The translations under genes were made by a program, and so were the position numbers. Source: Dendrobates tinctorius (taxonomy: Eukaryota). Taken from it: a stretch of DNA of 64,000 bases. Location: contig NW_027361752.1 of assembly GCF_039654945.1 (NCBI RefSeq), forward strand, positions 27,590,001 to 27,654,000, in the 5' to 3' direction. The notes below the pieces were generated by a model. That model had not been told where the DNA came from. It saw nothing but the letters and a program-made list of their open reading frames with translations, and did not search any database. Shown here piece after piece: positions 50,522 to 64,000 of the stretch; position 1 is the first letter of the stretch, and each line of letters starts with the position of its first letter.

Positions 50522-53500
50522 TTATTCTGGAAGAGGACTGGCAAATTCCGGCGAGATCCAGGCGTTGTTCATTTTCAGAAAAGTAAGCCAGTCAACGATA
50601 TCGGAGCATAGTCGCGTACGACGGTCTGTTAGTACACGACCTGCGGCACTAAAGACGCGTTCCGATAATACACTAGCAGCAGGGCAAGCCAGCACCTCCA
50701 ATGAATACTGGCATGTATCCAGCTTAGAGACCCAAAACTTGAAGGGAGAAGAGCCGTCTGGGAGTACACTGATAGGGCAAGACATGTAGTCTGTCACCAT
50801 CTGACGGAAATGTTGCCTCCTGCTGACTGGAGCCATCTGTGATGGTGTAGACATTTGTGGCGGGCACACAAAACTTTGCCACATTTGGGCCATACTGGTC
50901 TTGCCTTGTGCTGAGGCGCTGCCTCTGCTCCCTCTTTGTGCAGTGCTTCCTCCACTGCCTCGACGCACAGAGCTGCTTTGTAAACATTAGCAGCACTGCT
51001 CTCGGGTGGAATGGAGAACATGATGGAATGCACCAGTGTGTCTTGGTACTCCCGCATTTTACACTCCCGGTTCAACGATGTTATGTGGCTTTGTAAGTTG
51101 TCCTGGTAGCGAGGATCTAGGAGTGTGTACACCCAATAATCAACCACATTGAGAATGTGGGCGATGCAACGGTCGTTTCTCACGCACTGCAGCATGAAAT
51201 CAACCATGTGCTGCAGACTCCCAACTTACCAATAAACACTGTCCCCTGCTTGAGGCGTCATCTCTGCCTACTCAGTATCACCCCACCCTCGCTCTACATA
51301 CTGACTACTACAGCATTGTGTACCTCCCTCCTCTGGAGAGATGTCTTCCTCCTCCATTGACTCCTCCTCATCCTCCTCACAAAGTGTCCCCTACCTAGGC
51401 CTTTGTGAGGAACCACGTTGCGAAGACTGTCCAGAAGCAGATGGCATTTGTGACGCCTCATCCTCCACCTCTTCCAAAACCTCCTCCCTTAGCGCTTGCA
51501 GTGTTTTTTGAAGCAGGCAGATAAGGGGGACAGTCATGCTCACTAGTGCATCATCTGCACTCGCCATCCGCGTGGAATCATCGAAGGAATGCAAAACGTG
51601 GCAGATGTCCTTCATAGAGGCCCACTCAGTGGTGCTGAAGTGTGACCGGCGCACAGTGCGACTTATTTGCGCCTGATGCAGCTGGTACTCCCTTACTGCT
51701 GCCTGCTGCTCACACAACCGCTCCAACATATGTAACATTGAATTCCACCTGGTGGGGAGGTCACATATGATGCGATTTTCCAGAAGGCGGAATCGGTGCT
51801 GCAGAGCTGCAATGCGCGATCTTGCCATGCTGGAACGACGCAAGTGAGCGCTCTCTATGCGAACCTTGTGCAGCAGTGCATCAAGATCCGGAGAGTCCCT
51901 CAGAAAGCTCTGCACGACCAAGTTGAGCACATGTGCCAGACATGGGATGTGAGTGAGGTTGCCTAGGCCTAGAGCTGCCACCAGATTTCGGCCATTGTCA
52001 CACACTACCAAGCCTGGCTGGAGATTCGCTGGCACAAACCACACGTCGCTCTCCTGCTTGATGGCATTCCAGAGCTCCTGCGCTGTGTGGCTTCGATTCG
52101 CCAAAGAAATTAATTTGAGTACGGCCTGTTGACGTTTGGCCACGGCTGTGCTCATATTGGGTAAGCGTTCACGGGTCCATGTGGAGGTAGACCGTGATGG
52201 CTCCTGCAGCCCTGATTCAGAGGAACTGGAGTATGAGGAGGAGTCAATGTGTACAGACTGGATTCCTGCAATCCTTGGAGTTGGCAGAACACGTACAGCG
52301 CCACTCTCAAGATCTGTACCCGGCTCCACAACATTGACCCAATGGGCATTGAGGGAAAGGTATCGTCCCTGTCCATGGTTACTGGTCCACGCATCGGTGG
52401 TCAGGTGGACCTTGCTACTGATGGCGTTTAGTAGCGCATGTTTAATTTTTCCCTCCGCATGCTTTTGCAGGGCAGGGACGGCTTGCCTGCTGAAATAAAA
52501 GCGACTGGACACGGTGTATTGTGGGACTGCCAATGCCATGAAGTTACGGAAGGTGTCAGTCTCCAGCAGCCTGAATGAGAACATTTCAAGGGCCAGCAGT
52601 TTTGCAATGACAGCATTCAGAGCCTGTGCTCGGGGATGGTTTGCTGAGTATGGCCGCCTTTTCTCCCACGCCTGTGCTACCGATGGCTGTAGAGTGGCCT
52701 GGGAGTGTGAGGATGAACGGGAACGTGATGCTGTGGGTGGAATGTCACTGGGTCTCTGGACAACAGTGCCAGAGGTTCTTCCATGGCGATCCTGTGATGA
52801 AGCCGAGCCAGCTGTGTGTGAGCTAGAGGAAGAGGCTACAACACGAGCTGAAGAGGTGGTAGGTGGCGCTCTAGGTTGGCCTATGTCTTCAGTGTGTCTT
52901 TGTAACTCCACCATGTGCTTGGTCCGCACATGTTTCCACATATTTTTGGTATTGAGGTTGCTGACACTTTTCCCTCTTTTGAGTTTATGATTACACAGCT
53001 TGCATTTGACAAAGCAAATGTCATCTGCAACTGTGTCAAAAAAGGACCACGCACTGCAAGTCCTGGGAGCGCCCGTTTTGGGTTTTGGAAGAGGAATGCT
53101 CCTAACGGGTGCGAAGTGGAGGCTACAGGCAACCATGTCTGCCCCCTCCCTCTCCCTCCTCACGCCACGATGGGTCAAGGACCTCATCATCTACACTCCC
53201 CTCTTCAAACACCTGCTTCTCCTGGGTAGTCTCACCAGCACAGTACGCACCAGAAAGTGGCACCTGAGTCTCATCATCAGATGCGTACTGAGGTGTGCTG
53301 ACCATAGGCACTGGACCACCCGCCTGTTCAGATTCAGAGGGACAAAGCAGTTGCGCACCACTGCATACTCCCTCTTCTTCACATTCTAGATTGCTGCTTG
53401 GCTGGCCCCCTGTTTCCATGCCAAGAGATTCAGAGAACAGAAGTAGAGATGGCTCCTGTCCAGGGTTCTTTGACTGCCTGGGCAATTTGGCAGGTGGTGA

Positions 53501-53782
53501 AGAGACAGATGATTGCTCTTCAGTGCTCTGGCCCTGAGAGGATGTGGAAGCCATTGAAGTCGATGCGTTAGCTGCCATCCATCTGACAACGGCTTCAATT
53601 TGATAGCCCCGCAGCAGTGTGGTACGGCGAGGTCCTACAAAGCTGCGCATAAAGGACTGTTGCCTGGTAAAACTGGGGGATGCTGAGTCACTGGTGCCCG
53701 CAGCGGGCACAGAATCCCCATATCCTCTCCCTGCTGAAACTCCACGCCCACGACCATGTGACTTACTCCCTGCCTTCTTCAT
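50522..53782 (-). pseudogene. hAT transposase (family 2), near full length, several lesions
   Basis: ORFs 53123-53782 (MKK..GRGRG), 51391-53190 (BED finger, TTDAW, CDNGRN, CLAHVLN, RWNS), 50794-51207 (LLDPRY) and 50522-50968 (CPAASVLSERVFS..LTFLKMN). Confidence 0.93.
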
Positions 53783-55689
53783 CTTGGTAGACAGATAAAG
53801 ATATAAAGATAGGCAGAAAAGTACAAAGGGGGGCTTAGTGTGCTTATTCCTGAACAGCTGCTAACAGGTATAAGAAACACTAATTTTATAAAGTGTGTGT
53901 ACTACACTTTAATATGAGCTAATGTGGCCTACACAACTGTCAAGTGGAGTGTTTGGTGAACTTTATTTACGTGTTTTTTTATTTAAGAAAAACAAAAAGG
54001 ATGTGACCAAAGATGTGAAAGCGATAGTATCACAAACTTTTTGGAGTATTACAATGCAAGGAAGGTAACATACATTGCAATAGATGAGGCTCCAAAAAAT
54101 AGGCTAATACTAATTTGGCTGCGGCTGCAAGGCACAAGCCAGAAAAAAGGCTCCTCTATCTACTCCTATATAGTGTTTGCAACCAACCAATGTAGATGGA
54201 TACGGATGGAAGCACACTAATAGGAGAAAAAAATCAGGAAAAATGAGCTGCAATAAAGCAAAAAAAGCACTATGTATGAGGCAGTGACGCACGCTGAGCA
54301 GACTACAACCAGAGGTGGCTGCAGAACACACTACAACGTGAGCTGCACTCACACACAGAGACCTCACAGACAGCCGTGAACAGTGCAGAGAACTGGGCAC
54401 TAGCACTGAAAGGCTGCAGAAAGGCTCCGCTGTCTAGTCCTATAGTGTTTGCAACCAATGTAGATGGATACGGATGGATGCACACTAATAGTAGAATTAA
54501 TGAAAAATGAGCAGCAATAAAACAAAAATAAATATGTATGAGACAGTGACGCACGCTGAGCAGCCTACAACCGGAGGTGGCTGCAGGACACACTACAGCG
54601 TGAGCTGCACTCACACAGACCTTGCAGTCAGCTGTGAACAGCGCTGCAAGGCAAACGAAAGCTACAGTGATTGATAATGTAGCCTGGGTAAAGTACAATA
54701 TTATATAGCAAATCGCTATCTCTAACTGTCCCTCAGAGTCTTGAACAGCAGCCTGTCCCTATGTGAATTCACAGCAGAGTGAACCCAAAAAGGTGGCGGC
54801 TTTTATAGTGCATCATGACATCATTTCAGCAGCATCACAGCCATGCCATTAGTTAACATGCCTAACAGGATGTGCCCAGACTTCTGAGGATTCCTCATTG
54901 GCTGAATCAAATCAAACTGGCTCATAGCATTATGGGAATTTCCGATTCTGGTATTCGATATGCAAAAAGTATCGGAACTCTGTATCGGAATTCCGATACC
55001 GCGAATATCATCCGATACCCGATATTTGCAGTATCGGAATGCTCAACACTAAATATGATACAAAATTATGTTATCATGCATGAAAAATATATCTTAATGT
55101 CTGTCACACTAGTACTATAGTAAGATAGCCACAACATTCACCCGCTCCACATAGTATTATCATCGTAAACTCGCGAGAACTACCCGCGGTGGCCATTTTT
55201 GTTACTGGCCAGGAGTAAGGGAATATATAAAGACATGGCATCAAAGAGTGCAAAAAGTTATACTAACATGCAGGAAAAACCTAATTGAGATCACCTTGTA
55301 ATATAAGAATACACAACAATAGGTATAATACATTATATATATAGGAGTCCCTGAAAAAGATATATTAGATTAAGCAATCATTATAAAAGTATATAATCAA
55401 CTCCAAAGTCCACATAAGAGATAGGGAACGATTGTAACTTAATCTCTTGCACATGGTGAGATATTACTTCTCCACCTCTCATTCCATGTATCCAGAAGAA
55501 CACGATGGACTCATGCAATCGACATATACCCCGCAATATACATCCGATATGAATCATATTGATTGAAAACTAAAGAGAAAAAAACAGCATATTAAAAGCA
55601 AGAAAAAATAAAAATAAAAGAAAAATAAGAAAAAAATGTATAAAAAATATATAAAGAAGAAAACAAATAGCCAGGGAGACAGAATAAAA

Positions 55690-58630
55690 CTATAAAAAGG
55701 GAGCAAAAGATAATTTCTCATTGAGTCCATGAGGTGTCATGGTACCCAAGGTGACTATCCAACGGCACTCTGACTGGGCCAGGGTCTTTTTATAGTCTCC
55801 ACCCCTAGTCCCAGAATGCACTCTGTCAATACCTCTGACTTTGAGTGCCCATGGATCACAATTGTGGAACTGCTTAAAGTGCCAAGGTATAGTCTTGAGA
55901 ACAGTGACATCTGAAATCTCCCTTGCTGCCCTTATGTCCCTTACATGTTCCCTAACCCTGATGCGGAGTTCCCTGGAGGTAAGGCCCACATAAATCAAAC
56001 CACATGCACAGCATAGTATACCACATATGTGGTGCTGCAGGAGATGTAGTTTGTAATGCGATACTCAGTACTGCCGTCAGCCGTTTTAAATGTGGTTGCC
56101 CTAATGATATTTTGACAAGCCAGACATGAGCCACATGGAAAACAACCCCATCTCTGGGGTCTCGCACCAAAAAGGTTAGTAGGTCTAGTCACATAATCGC
56201 TTCTCACGAGTAAATCTTTTAAATTTATTCCTCTCCTAGCCGTGAGGAGAGGTCTATCAGGCAGAATTTCCTTTAATGTGATATCCGTTTGTAAAACAGA
56301 CCAATGTTTTTCCATGATCTCCCTAATCTTACTCCACTGATTATTAAAGGTCATAATACATCTCAGTGGTTGTTCCCTGGAAGATCTGGCATGCTGCTTA
56401 GTATCAAGGAGTTGTTGGCGAGAAGTCCTCCTAGCACGAGAATGACCCGTCCTGATGTTCCTCATGCTATATCCACGATCAAGGAACCGCTGAGTAAGGT
56501 CCCAAACCTGGTCCTTAAAGACTCCATCAGTGGAACAAATACGCTTCATTCTCAAAAATTGACCCACAGGGATGGCTCGAATGGTTGATGATGTGTGAGC
56601 AGATGATGCGTGGAGTAAAGAATTAACCGACGTTGCCTTCCGGAATACGTCGGTTTGGATGGTACCATCCTCACACAGCATGATCTTAATGTCCAAAAAA
56701 TTGATCTCATTCGTTGCCACCCTGTGGGTCAATTTGATATTGCGATTGTTTTGGTTTAGACCACAGATGAAGTCAAGACGGCCATACTCGGTACCCTGCC
56801 AGATAATAAAGACATCGTCGATATATTGATACCAGCACTGCACATGGGACGCGGCACACGCACCATCCCCGAAAACCTCACGCTCCCAAAAACCCAAAAA
56901 GAGGTTAGCGCAAGATGGCTCGCAAGCAGCACCCATCGCAGTGCCGCGACGCTGTAGGTAGAATTTGTCCTTAAAGGAAAAGTTGTTGTGAGTTAAAATA
57001 AACTCAAGCAGTTCCAAGATCAAGGATCGCAATGCCGAGTCAAGGTTACTCATGCCAAGGAAGAACGCCACTGCCTCCAGCCCATCCTTGTGCCCAATAC
57101 ATGTGTAGAGGGACTCTACATCAATTGTAGCAAACAACATGCCAGATTCCAGATGGAGACCATCCAGCTTCCTCAGGACATCCGTGGTGTCCCTGATATA
57201 GGAGGGCAGCATCTCCACTAAAGGGTGAAGATAATATTCAATGAACTTACATACGGAATCGCTAAGCCCTCCTATGCCAGAAACAATCGGACGCCCCGGA
57301 AGATCTACTGAGTTCTTGTGTATCTTCGGCAGAAGATAAAATGTAGGGACCACCGGATTCTTCACCAATAGCCCATCAAAAATCTTTTTTGGGATAATAC
57401 CTTGATTAAAAGCCTTGTCCAGAATCTCATAGATAGCCCCAGTAAAATTGCAAGTGGGGTTCTGTGGAAGAACGGCATAATATTCACGTTCCCTTGACTG
57501 CCGAAAGGCCTCTTTTTCATACTTAGATGTTGGCCAAATGACCACATTCCCCCCCTTATCTGCTGACTTGATGACAATATCATTTAAAGATTTCAATTAC
57601 TTCAAAGCAACCCTATGTGCCCTTGTCAGATTATCCCCCTTGTGTGTGTTCTTGTTAATGTTTTAATATCTTCCACAACGAGTTTATTAAAGATCTCAAT
57701 CGACGGGCATAAAGAGAAAGGGGGGAATGTGGTAGACCTTGGCACAACAGAAGTAGGAAAAATACCTGGAGGACTAGGTGATCCCTCCTGTTCTAATTCC
57801 TCCAATATACCAAGAGCTTCCTGTTCTGCCACGGAACTCAAAGTAGTCCTGTCTGCTGGTTTAGTGTGAAGTTTTCGTAACAAGACCTTTCTAAGGAAAA
57901 GTTGTATGTCTTTCATGGCTGAAAAAAAGGTAAAACCTTTAGTGGGGACAAAATTCAGACCAAGACTCAAGACCTCAAGTTGATTTTTAGTCAAAGAATG
58001 GGTGGATAGGTTAATTACCTCTAAGGCATTTTTAGTTTTCTCCAATGATTGGGGTGGGGTCATTTTCCGCTTGTTAGAAGATTTACCTTTAAAATGCCCA
58101 TGTCTTCCCATACCAAATCTCTCCTGATGAACATTATTAAAATGACCACTATTTTGTGGCTCCTCGTCCATAGACGAGGCTGAAGAGAAGGAATTGCGAT
58201 GGGTTTTGGGTATAGATTGAGCTGAACTTTGCTTCTTCCTCCATCGATATACATGATTATTTTTATAGTCCAATTGGTCTCTCTGATATTTTTTAGTTTT
58301 TGAAGCCACTATCTCCTTTTCCCACTTCAAGAAATCATTCTCAAGTTCCTTTTGTAGTTGTAAAAATGCTTCTGGAGATAGTTTACTACTCAAAGATTCA
58401 TGTATATTATTAATCTCCAGTTCAACTTCTTGTAAAGATGATGTATTGGATTTAATAAGTAACCCCATATATCCCTGTGAACAGCCGGAAGACAAGTCCT
58501 CCCATTGTTTTTTCAGTATCTCATCTTCAATAGTAAAAGAGGGAAAGACCTGCACCCGGAGGCCTCTTGGAATTAGGCCCTTTGCCAGGTATCTTCCTAA
58601 AAATGCCTTATTCCACCACAGACGTGTTTT
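55690..58630 (-). pseudogene. Penelope-like RT plus GIY-YIG endonuclease polyprotein, disrupted
   Basis: N-terminal WWN..IPRGLR; ADKGG, FYLLPKIHK..PGRPIVS, DVESLYT, GTAMGA..P..ANLF, YIDD, FLDI; Cys linker CFPCGSCLAC; VVY..YVG..R..R..EH..E..WI..L.T..P.GLN. Frameshifts near 57630 and 56005 and a TAA at ~57597. Confidence 0.93.
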
Positions 58631-59434
58631 TTTATTACATTATATAAGGTATTTCTTATATTATAAAGTGATCTCAATTAGGCTTTTCCTGCATGTTAGT
58701 AAAACTTTTTGCACTCTTTGATGCCAAGTCTTTATGTATTCCCTTACTTCCTTATTCCCTTACTCCTGGTCAGTAACAAAAATGGCCACCGCGGGTAGTT
58801 CTCGCGAGTTTACGATGATAATACTATGTGGAGCGGGTGAATGTTGTGTCTATCTTACTATATTGCTAGTGTGACAGACATTAAGATATATTTTTTCATG
58901 CATGATAACTTAATTTTGTATCATATTATAACTCTGGCCATATTTATAGATTCTTTTACTCCTGGCCAGGAATAAAAATGGTTGCCGCGGGTAGGTCTCG
59001 CGGTTTCAATAACGACAATACCATCTGAGGTGGGTGAGTGATGTTATCTTCATATTACATTGTCAGTGTGATTGGCATTAAGATATTTTTATATGGTGCT
59101 AACATCGCACACTTTTCACTCTCCCATTTTTGACTCCATATGTACTTATTCCTTTATCCTGACCAATAATTAAAATGGCCGCTGCAGTGTGCGCATGCGC
59201 GGTCAGTCTCGCGGTGGTATGGGCATTCTGAAAGGCATCAACATGGCCTGGGGCGGGACAGTGACGTCAGGAAAGCAATGTCTGTCCCTGCCCCTCCCAT
59301 AGGCGATGACGGCCGGATGTGACGCGCCAATGACCGGTGCCTGCTTTTCATGCGCCGGTTTCTCTTCAGCGGTGTTAATTATGGACAGCTGTGTCTTGCA
59401 CATTTATACCCCGTACATGAAACAGCAACACACA

Positions 59435-59476
59435 AGCCCCCCCGACGAAGCCCAGCGCAAAATGTGCATAGGGGCT
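59435..59476 (+). ncRNA. Degenerate hammerhead motif in the inverted pLTR
   Basis: AGCCCC-CCCGACGAAGCCCAGCGC-AAAATGTGCATA-GGGGCT; paralog of 46074-46114 with further core mutations. Confidence 0.4.
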
Positions 59477-59959
59477 CTGGGACCTGACACACCGCATATG
59501 GATGTCCCACATGGGTAACCATGGTGATTTTTTTCATTCTTTTCCCCATATCCCTTTTTGGGCTGAGCACTTTATGAGGGTTTTTTTATGGCTCTTTAAG
59601 TCCCTTGATATAGATTTTATCCTTGTAAGGTAATTGATGATCGGTAAGGGACTGTGACACATGCTTTTGCCATACTAATATGGGGTCTGGTCTAACTATG
59701 TCAATGTGCCATTGCACTTAACTGTGTATATGCAGCGGTCTTTTCCCTTTTTCTTGTGTCATCCCTGGTATCTGACCATATGATTGTATTTTTAATATTT
59801 TTTGCACCTGTACTAAGAAAGAGCATATATTTTGTCACTATAATTCTGACTCTTTGATTAAATACTTTGGGCTTTATACTCCGGATTTCTATGTAGGTTT
59901 TCATCCCTAAAGTTAATAGTATGAATGAACAAAAGAGAAAGCTAAATCAAATCAATATT

Positions 59960-60410
59960 TTGCACTGGAGAGGTGCCTGAGCAACCTTCTTGTTTGCAGT
60001 CTATGTTGTGTAAGGCCACATACCTGCCCGCTGCACCCTTGTGCAAATCCTTCCTGCTGCACCCTGGTGGAAATCCTGCCTGCTGCACTGTGGTGCAAAT
60101 CCATCTTACTGCACTCTGGTGCAAATCCTGCCTGCTGCACTCTTGTGCAAATACTGCCTGCTGTGTTCTGATGCAGATCCTGCCTGCTCCACTCTGGTGC
60201 AAACTCTGTCTCCTGCACTCTGATTCACACTCTACCTGCTGCTCCATCCAGTCTGTCATCTGGTATCAGTTGCTGCACACCCGTTGGTCTGTCCTGGAGT
60301 GGCACCTGGCCTTCATTAGGAGCCAAGTCTAAACTCACCATCAGAGGCTCTAGTAAATAGTCAAGTGCTCGCTTAGTCACGCCCCTCCAGGCTCTCCTCG
60401 GTCCGTGACA
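59960..60410 (+). mobile_element. 5' LTR (left boundary uncertain) of the Gypsy element, with a 26-bp tandem repeat
   Basis: Ends ..CCGTGACA at 60410, 13 nt before the gag ATG; GTGCAAATCCTGCCTGCTGCACTCTG repeats at 60030-60220. Confidence 0.75.
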
Positions 60411-60423
60411 GTTTGCTCAGGCC

Positions 60424-63400
60424 ATGGATCCTGCTGGACCCCGGATCCTCCTTGTTCGGGCCATGTACCAGGAGCTCTGCCGCTAGAAAGACATGCAGGA
60501 AGAGCTGTCCATACAGTTGCAGTACCTAACCACCAAGTTGGAGGCCTTAAACTTATCTCCAGAGTTCCCACATGTTTAAGCAGGCATGTCTTCTCCGGAG
60601 ATTTCTCAAACAGTTTGCTTAGTTCGAGATCCAGGTCCTCGACTCACAGCTCCACCACGCCTTGATGGCAGTCCAAAGCTCTGCCAAGGGTTCATCAATC
60701 AATGCCAGCTACATTTTGATCTTCTTCCTCACTACTTCCCTTTGGACTGAGCAAAGGTAGCATTCCTTATGTCGCACCTTGGAGGCGAGGCCCTGGCGTG
60801 GGTGAACCCATTATGGAAAAGGGAGGATCCGATAAGCTTCAATTTGCCTGCATTCCTGGAAGGTTTTCGCAAAGTATTTGATGAACCCGGACAAATCACC
60901 TCTACAGCTTCCGCTCTTCTCCATTTACGCCATTCCAATTCATCTGTGGAGCAATATGTGGTACGCTTCCGCACCCTGGTGTCCGAACCCAGTTTGAATA
61001 ACAAAGCTTTGGTGGTGACATTCTGGGTGGGGCTTTCCAGAGACATTTAGAATGAGTTAGCCATTTGAGACCTACCAATTACCTTCGACCTGATCTCCCT
61101 TGCCATATGAATAGACCTTCGTTTCCGTGAGCGTGCTTGTGAGGTGGCACATGAAAGAGGATCGCGGCGCCTGGCTCCATCTTTTCAAAGGCCGCTTACT
61201 CCTTTGCCCTCCCTTGTTGAGGACTCATCTGAACCTATGCAGATTTACCACCATGTTCTCAATAAACAGCGACAGAGGGATCAACATGCTAAAGGCCAGT
61301 GCCTGTATTGTGGAGACATGGGACCCTCCATTTGAATTTGTTCGGTGCAGCCGGAGAAGCTCCAGCATCTAGGGTCGGTAGGAGAGGCCTCCCTAGATGG
61401 AAGATACACCTCTCCACCCCTGAACCTGACTGGTAGTGACAACCGGTGAATTCCAGTTTATTGAGTCAGCATATTTGGATTCCAGGGCAGCCAGAATATT
61501 TATCCTCCAGGCTGTAGTGGATCAGTTCCAAATCCCAGTTCATCCACTCCAGAACCCTCTGGCAATAACATCTGTCAATGGGAGAACCCTTCGGGAGATG
61601 GTTCATCTGGCTATTGAGCCACTTGCGGTCCATATTGGAATGCTTCATATGAAGAAGAGAATAGTCTTCTATGTTCTTTCCCACATGTATCATTTCTCTT
61701 ATGCCTACCATGGCTACGACAGCATGAACCTGTGCTGGACTGGAGAACTGGAGAGGTGCTCCATTGTGGACATTCCTCCATGAGAAGTATCTGGCTCCAG
61801 TACATCTGGCTAAGGTCCCATCTTTTCCGGTATCGCTGCTCGGTTTGCCATCTGCCAAATGGTCCTTTGCTGATGTGCTTGACAAGAAAGAAGCAGAGAC
61901 TTTGCCACCCCACAGGCCATATGACTGTTCTATTGGCTTGATTCCCGGATCTACACCCCCTAGAGGTCGAATTTACCCTCTATCCCCAGCTGAGACTCAA
62001 GCTATGTCAGAAGTCCTCCTCTTCTGCAGGGGCCGTTTTTTCTTTATTAAAAAGAAAGACGATCACTCCGACCCTGTATAGACTATCAGGGTCTCATTCA
62101 GAACAAGGTGAAAAATAAATATCCTATCCTACTGATCCCTGAGTTGTTTGGCCGATTAAGAATTGCCAGGATCTTAGACTTAAAAGGTGCTTACAATCTA
62201 ATCTGCATTCACCGGGGTTCGAATGGAAGACTGCTTTCAACACCAGGGATGGACATTATGAATACTGAGTGATGCCCTTCAGTCTCAGTAATGCCCCTGC
62301 AGTTTTTCAAGAGTTCATCAATAATATCTTCTGGGACCTGCTTTATTCCTGCATTGTTATGCATCTGGACGATATCCTGTTAATTTCCCTGAATCTGGCC
62401 TCCCACAGATGAGCAGTTCGGCAAGTTCTTCAGTGCCTTAGGGAGAATCGACTCTATGCCAAGTATGAGAAATGCATTTTTGAACAGTCCTCCCTTCTCT
62501 TCTTCAGTTACATCATCTCAGATACTGGACTCGGGATGGATCCTGAGAAGGTCTCTTCCATCCTTTAGTGGCCACTGCCCGTGGGAGTCAAAGCAATCCA
62601 GAGATTCCTTGGCTTTGCTAATTATTATCGGCAATTCATTCCTCACTTCTCCACTCTGACCTCTCCCATCTCTGCTATGACTCAAAAGGAAGCTGATCCA
62701 TAGAACTGGTCATGTGAGGCTGAAGAGGCCTTCCACTCTCTTAAACGGTCTTTCTCCACCACTCCCATTCTGCATCATCCAGATTTGAACAAACAGTTCT
62801 TCCTAGAGGTGGACGCATCTTCATTAGGTGCTGGAGCTGTGCATAATCAGAAATCCTCCTTGGGCCACCACATGTCCTGCGGTTTCTTCTCTAAGGCCTT
62901 CTCTGCTTCAGAGCATAACTACTCCATCAGGGACCAGGAGTTACTCGCCATTAAGAAGGCTTTGGAGGAGTGGCAATACCTGCTGGAGGGCACAGTCTAT
63001 CCAATGGCTATCTACACTGACCATAAGAACCTGGCAGATCTCCAGTCCACCCAGAGACATAATCCACTCCAAGTTAGGAGGTCTTTGTTTTTTGCCAGCT
63101 TTATCTTTCTTTTACATTTCAGGTCCAGTGAAAGAATGTCAGAGCTGCCCTCTCTCGCTCATTTCTGTCCGGGGACAAAGAGGAGTATTCTCAATTTATC
63201 ACTGACCCGTCCAAGATGGTTATTGTCACCTCAATCATCTTGTCACAAATTTCCCCAGGAAAGACCCTTGTGGCTGAATCACAGAAGGAGCGAGTTTTGT
63301 CATGGGGTCACTCGTCAAAGGTGGCTGGTCACGCAGGACAAAGGAAGACTCTACAATTAATCTCTCACCACCACTGGTGTCCATCCATGAGGAGGGAGAT

Positions 63401-64000
63401 CTATGCTTATGTGGATGCCTGTCTGATTTGTGCCTGCAATAAAGTCCCCAGACGACTTCCTATGGCAACACATAGCAATTAACTTCATTACAGATTTACC
63501 AGTATTCGAGGGTTGCACCGTCATCTGGGTAGTCGTGGATTGCTTTTCCAAAATGGCACATTTTACCCCGTTGTCTGCTCTTCCATCCACTCCTGAACTG
63601 GTTGACAGGTTTATCAAACATATTTTCCGCCTGCACAAATTTCTCTTCACATTGTGTCCGATCGAGGGTGGCAGTTCACTTCCAGATTCTGGCAAGCTCT
63701 CTGTAAGCATCTGGATATTGTCTTGGATTTATCCTCAGCCTATCACTCTCAGTCCAATGGGCAAGTGGAACGTGTCAGCCAGGTTCTGGGCAACTACCTG
63801 GGACACTTTGTCAATGCTCACCATAATGATTGGGTGAAATTACTTCCCTAGGCTGAGTTCTCTTAAAACAATCATATTGGTGAAGCCTCGGGAGAGTCTC
63901 CGTTCTACATTGTGTTTGGTCGAAAACCCAAGGTATCCCTCCCAGTGACAGTTTCTTCTGATGTTCCTGCGGCTTATGTCCTCTCCAAGAATTTTGTAAA
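60424..64000 (+). pseudogene. Ty3/Gypsy (Tf1/sushi-like) gag-pol, heavily disrupted, continues beyond the window
   Basis: Gag FINQC..LGGEALAW and CLYCG knuckle; protease LDSRA; RT WKTAF..MPFSLSNAPAVFQ..HLDDIL; RNase H EVDASS.G.GAV..ELLAI..TDHKNL; integrase GHAG..C..C, FITDLP, SDRG.QF, NGQVERV. Confidence 0.93.

Larger units (their letters stand above)
46630..55051 (-). mobile_element. Full-length hAT transposon (8422 bp), second family
   Basis: TAGTGTTGAG / CTCAACACTA TIRs, perfect TSD AATATGAT (46622-29, 55052-59), subterminal ATCGG/CCGAT repeats; empty site in the other pLTR copy at ~58920. Confidence 0.95.
45557..59900 (-). mobile_element. Penelope-like retroelement (Neptune type), 5'-truncated with inverted pLTR, interrupted by a hAT element
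   Basis: 3' pLTR (45647-46629 plus 55052-55305) is the reverse complement of ~58650-59904; flanked by direct repeat TCATCCCTAAAGT (45544-56, 59901-13). Confidence 0.88.

Noticed and set aside
50522-53782. Domesticated ZBED host gene
   Set aside because: It has multiple stops and frameshifts and lies within TIRs and a TSD; the same applies to the other hAT copies.
57590-57640. Selenocysteine or programmed readthrough in the Penelope ORF
   Set aside because: The TGA arises only after a frameshift, and the correct frame has TAA; ordinary decay explains it.

Overview
Eukaryotic, transposon-dense intergenic DNA with no recognisable host gene. The repeat repertoire suggests a frog (anuran) genome, but this is inference. 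The window is a stack of nested mobile elements. (1) Three decayed copies of one hAT transposase family (55-3355 minus, 17068-20020 plus, 32475-33122 plus); the last two lie inside a ~19.9 kb unit bounded by hAT termini (14646-34563) and built on a ~131-bp satellite that hosts Gypsy, DIRS/Ngaro, Helitron, LTR and MITE pieces. (2) A DD37E Tc1 element and a rearranged mariner element. (3) Several solo LTRs, two with perfect TSDs. (4) A Neptune-type Penelope retroelement (45557-59900) with an inverted pseudo-LTR, a 13-bp flanking direct repeat and hammerhead-like motifs, split by an 8.4-kb hAT element with a perfect 8-bp TSD. (5) A Tf1/sushi-type Gypsy element with a self-priming site that runs off the right edge. 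All transposon ORFs are broken by stops or frameshifts. A separate minimal hammerhead ribozyme with a U3:A8 compensatory core lies at 35471-35512. There is a 131-N assembly gap at 25397-25527. Family assignments come from motifs read by eye; no database searches were run.
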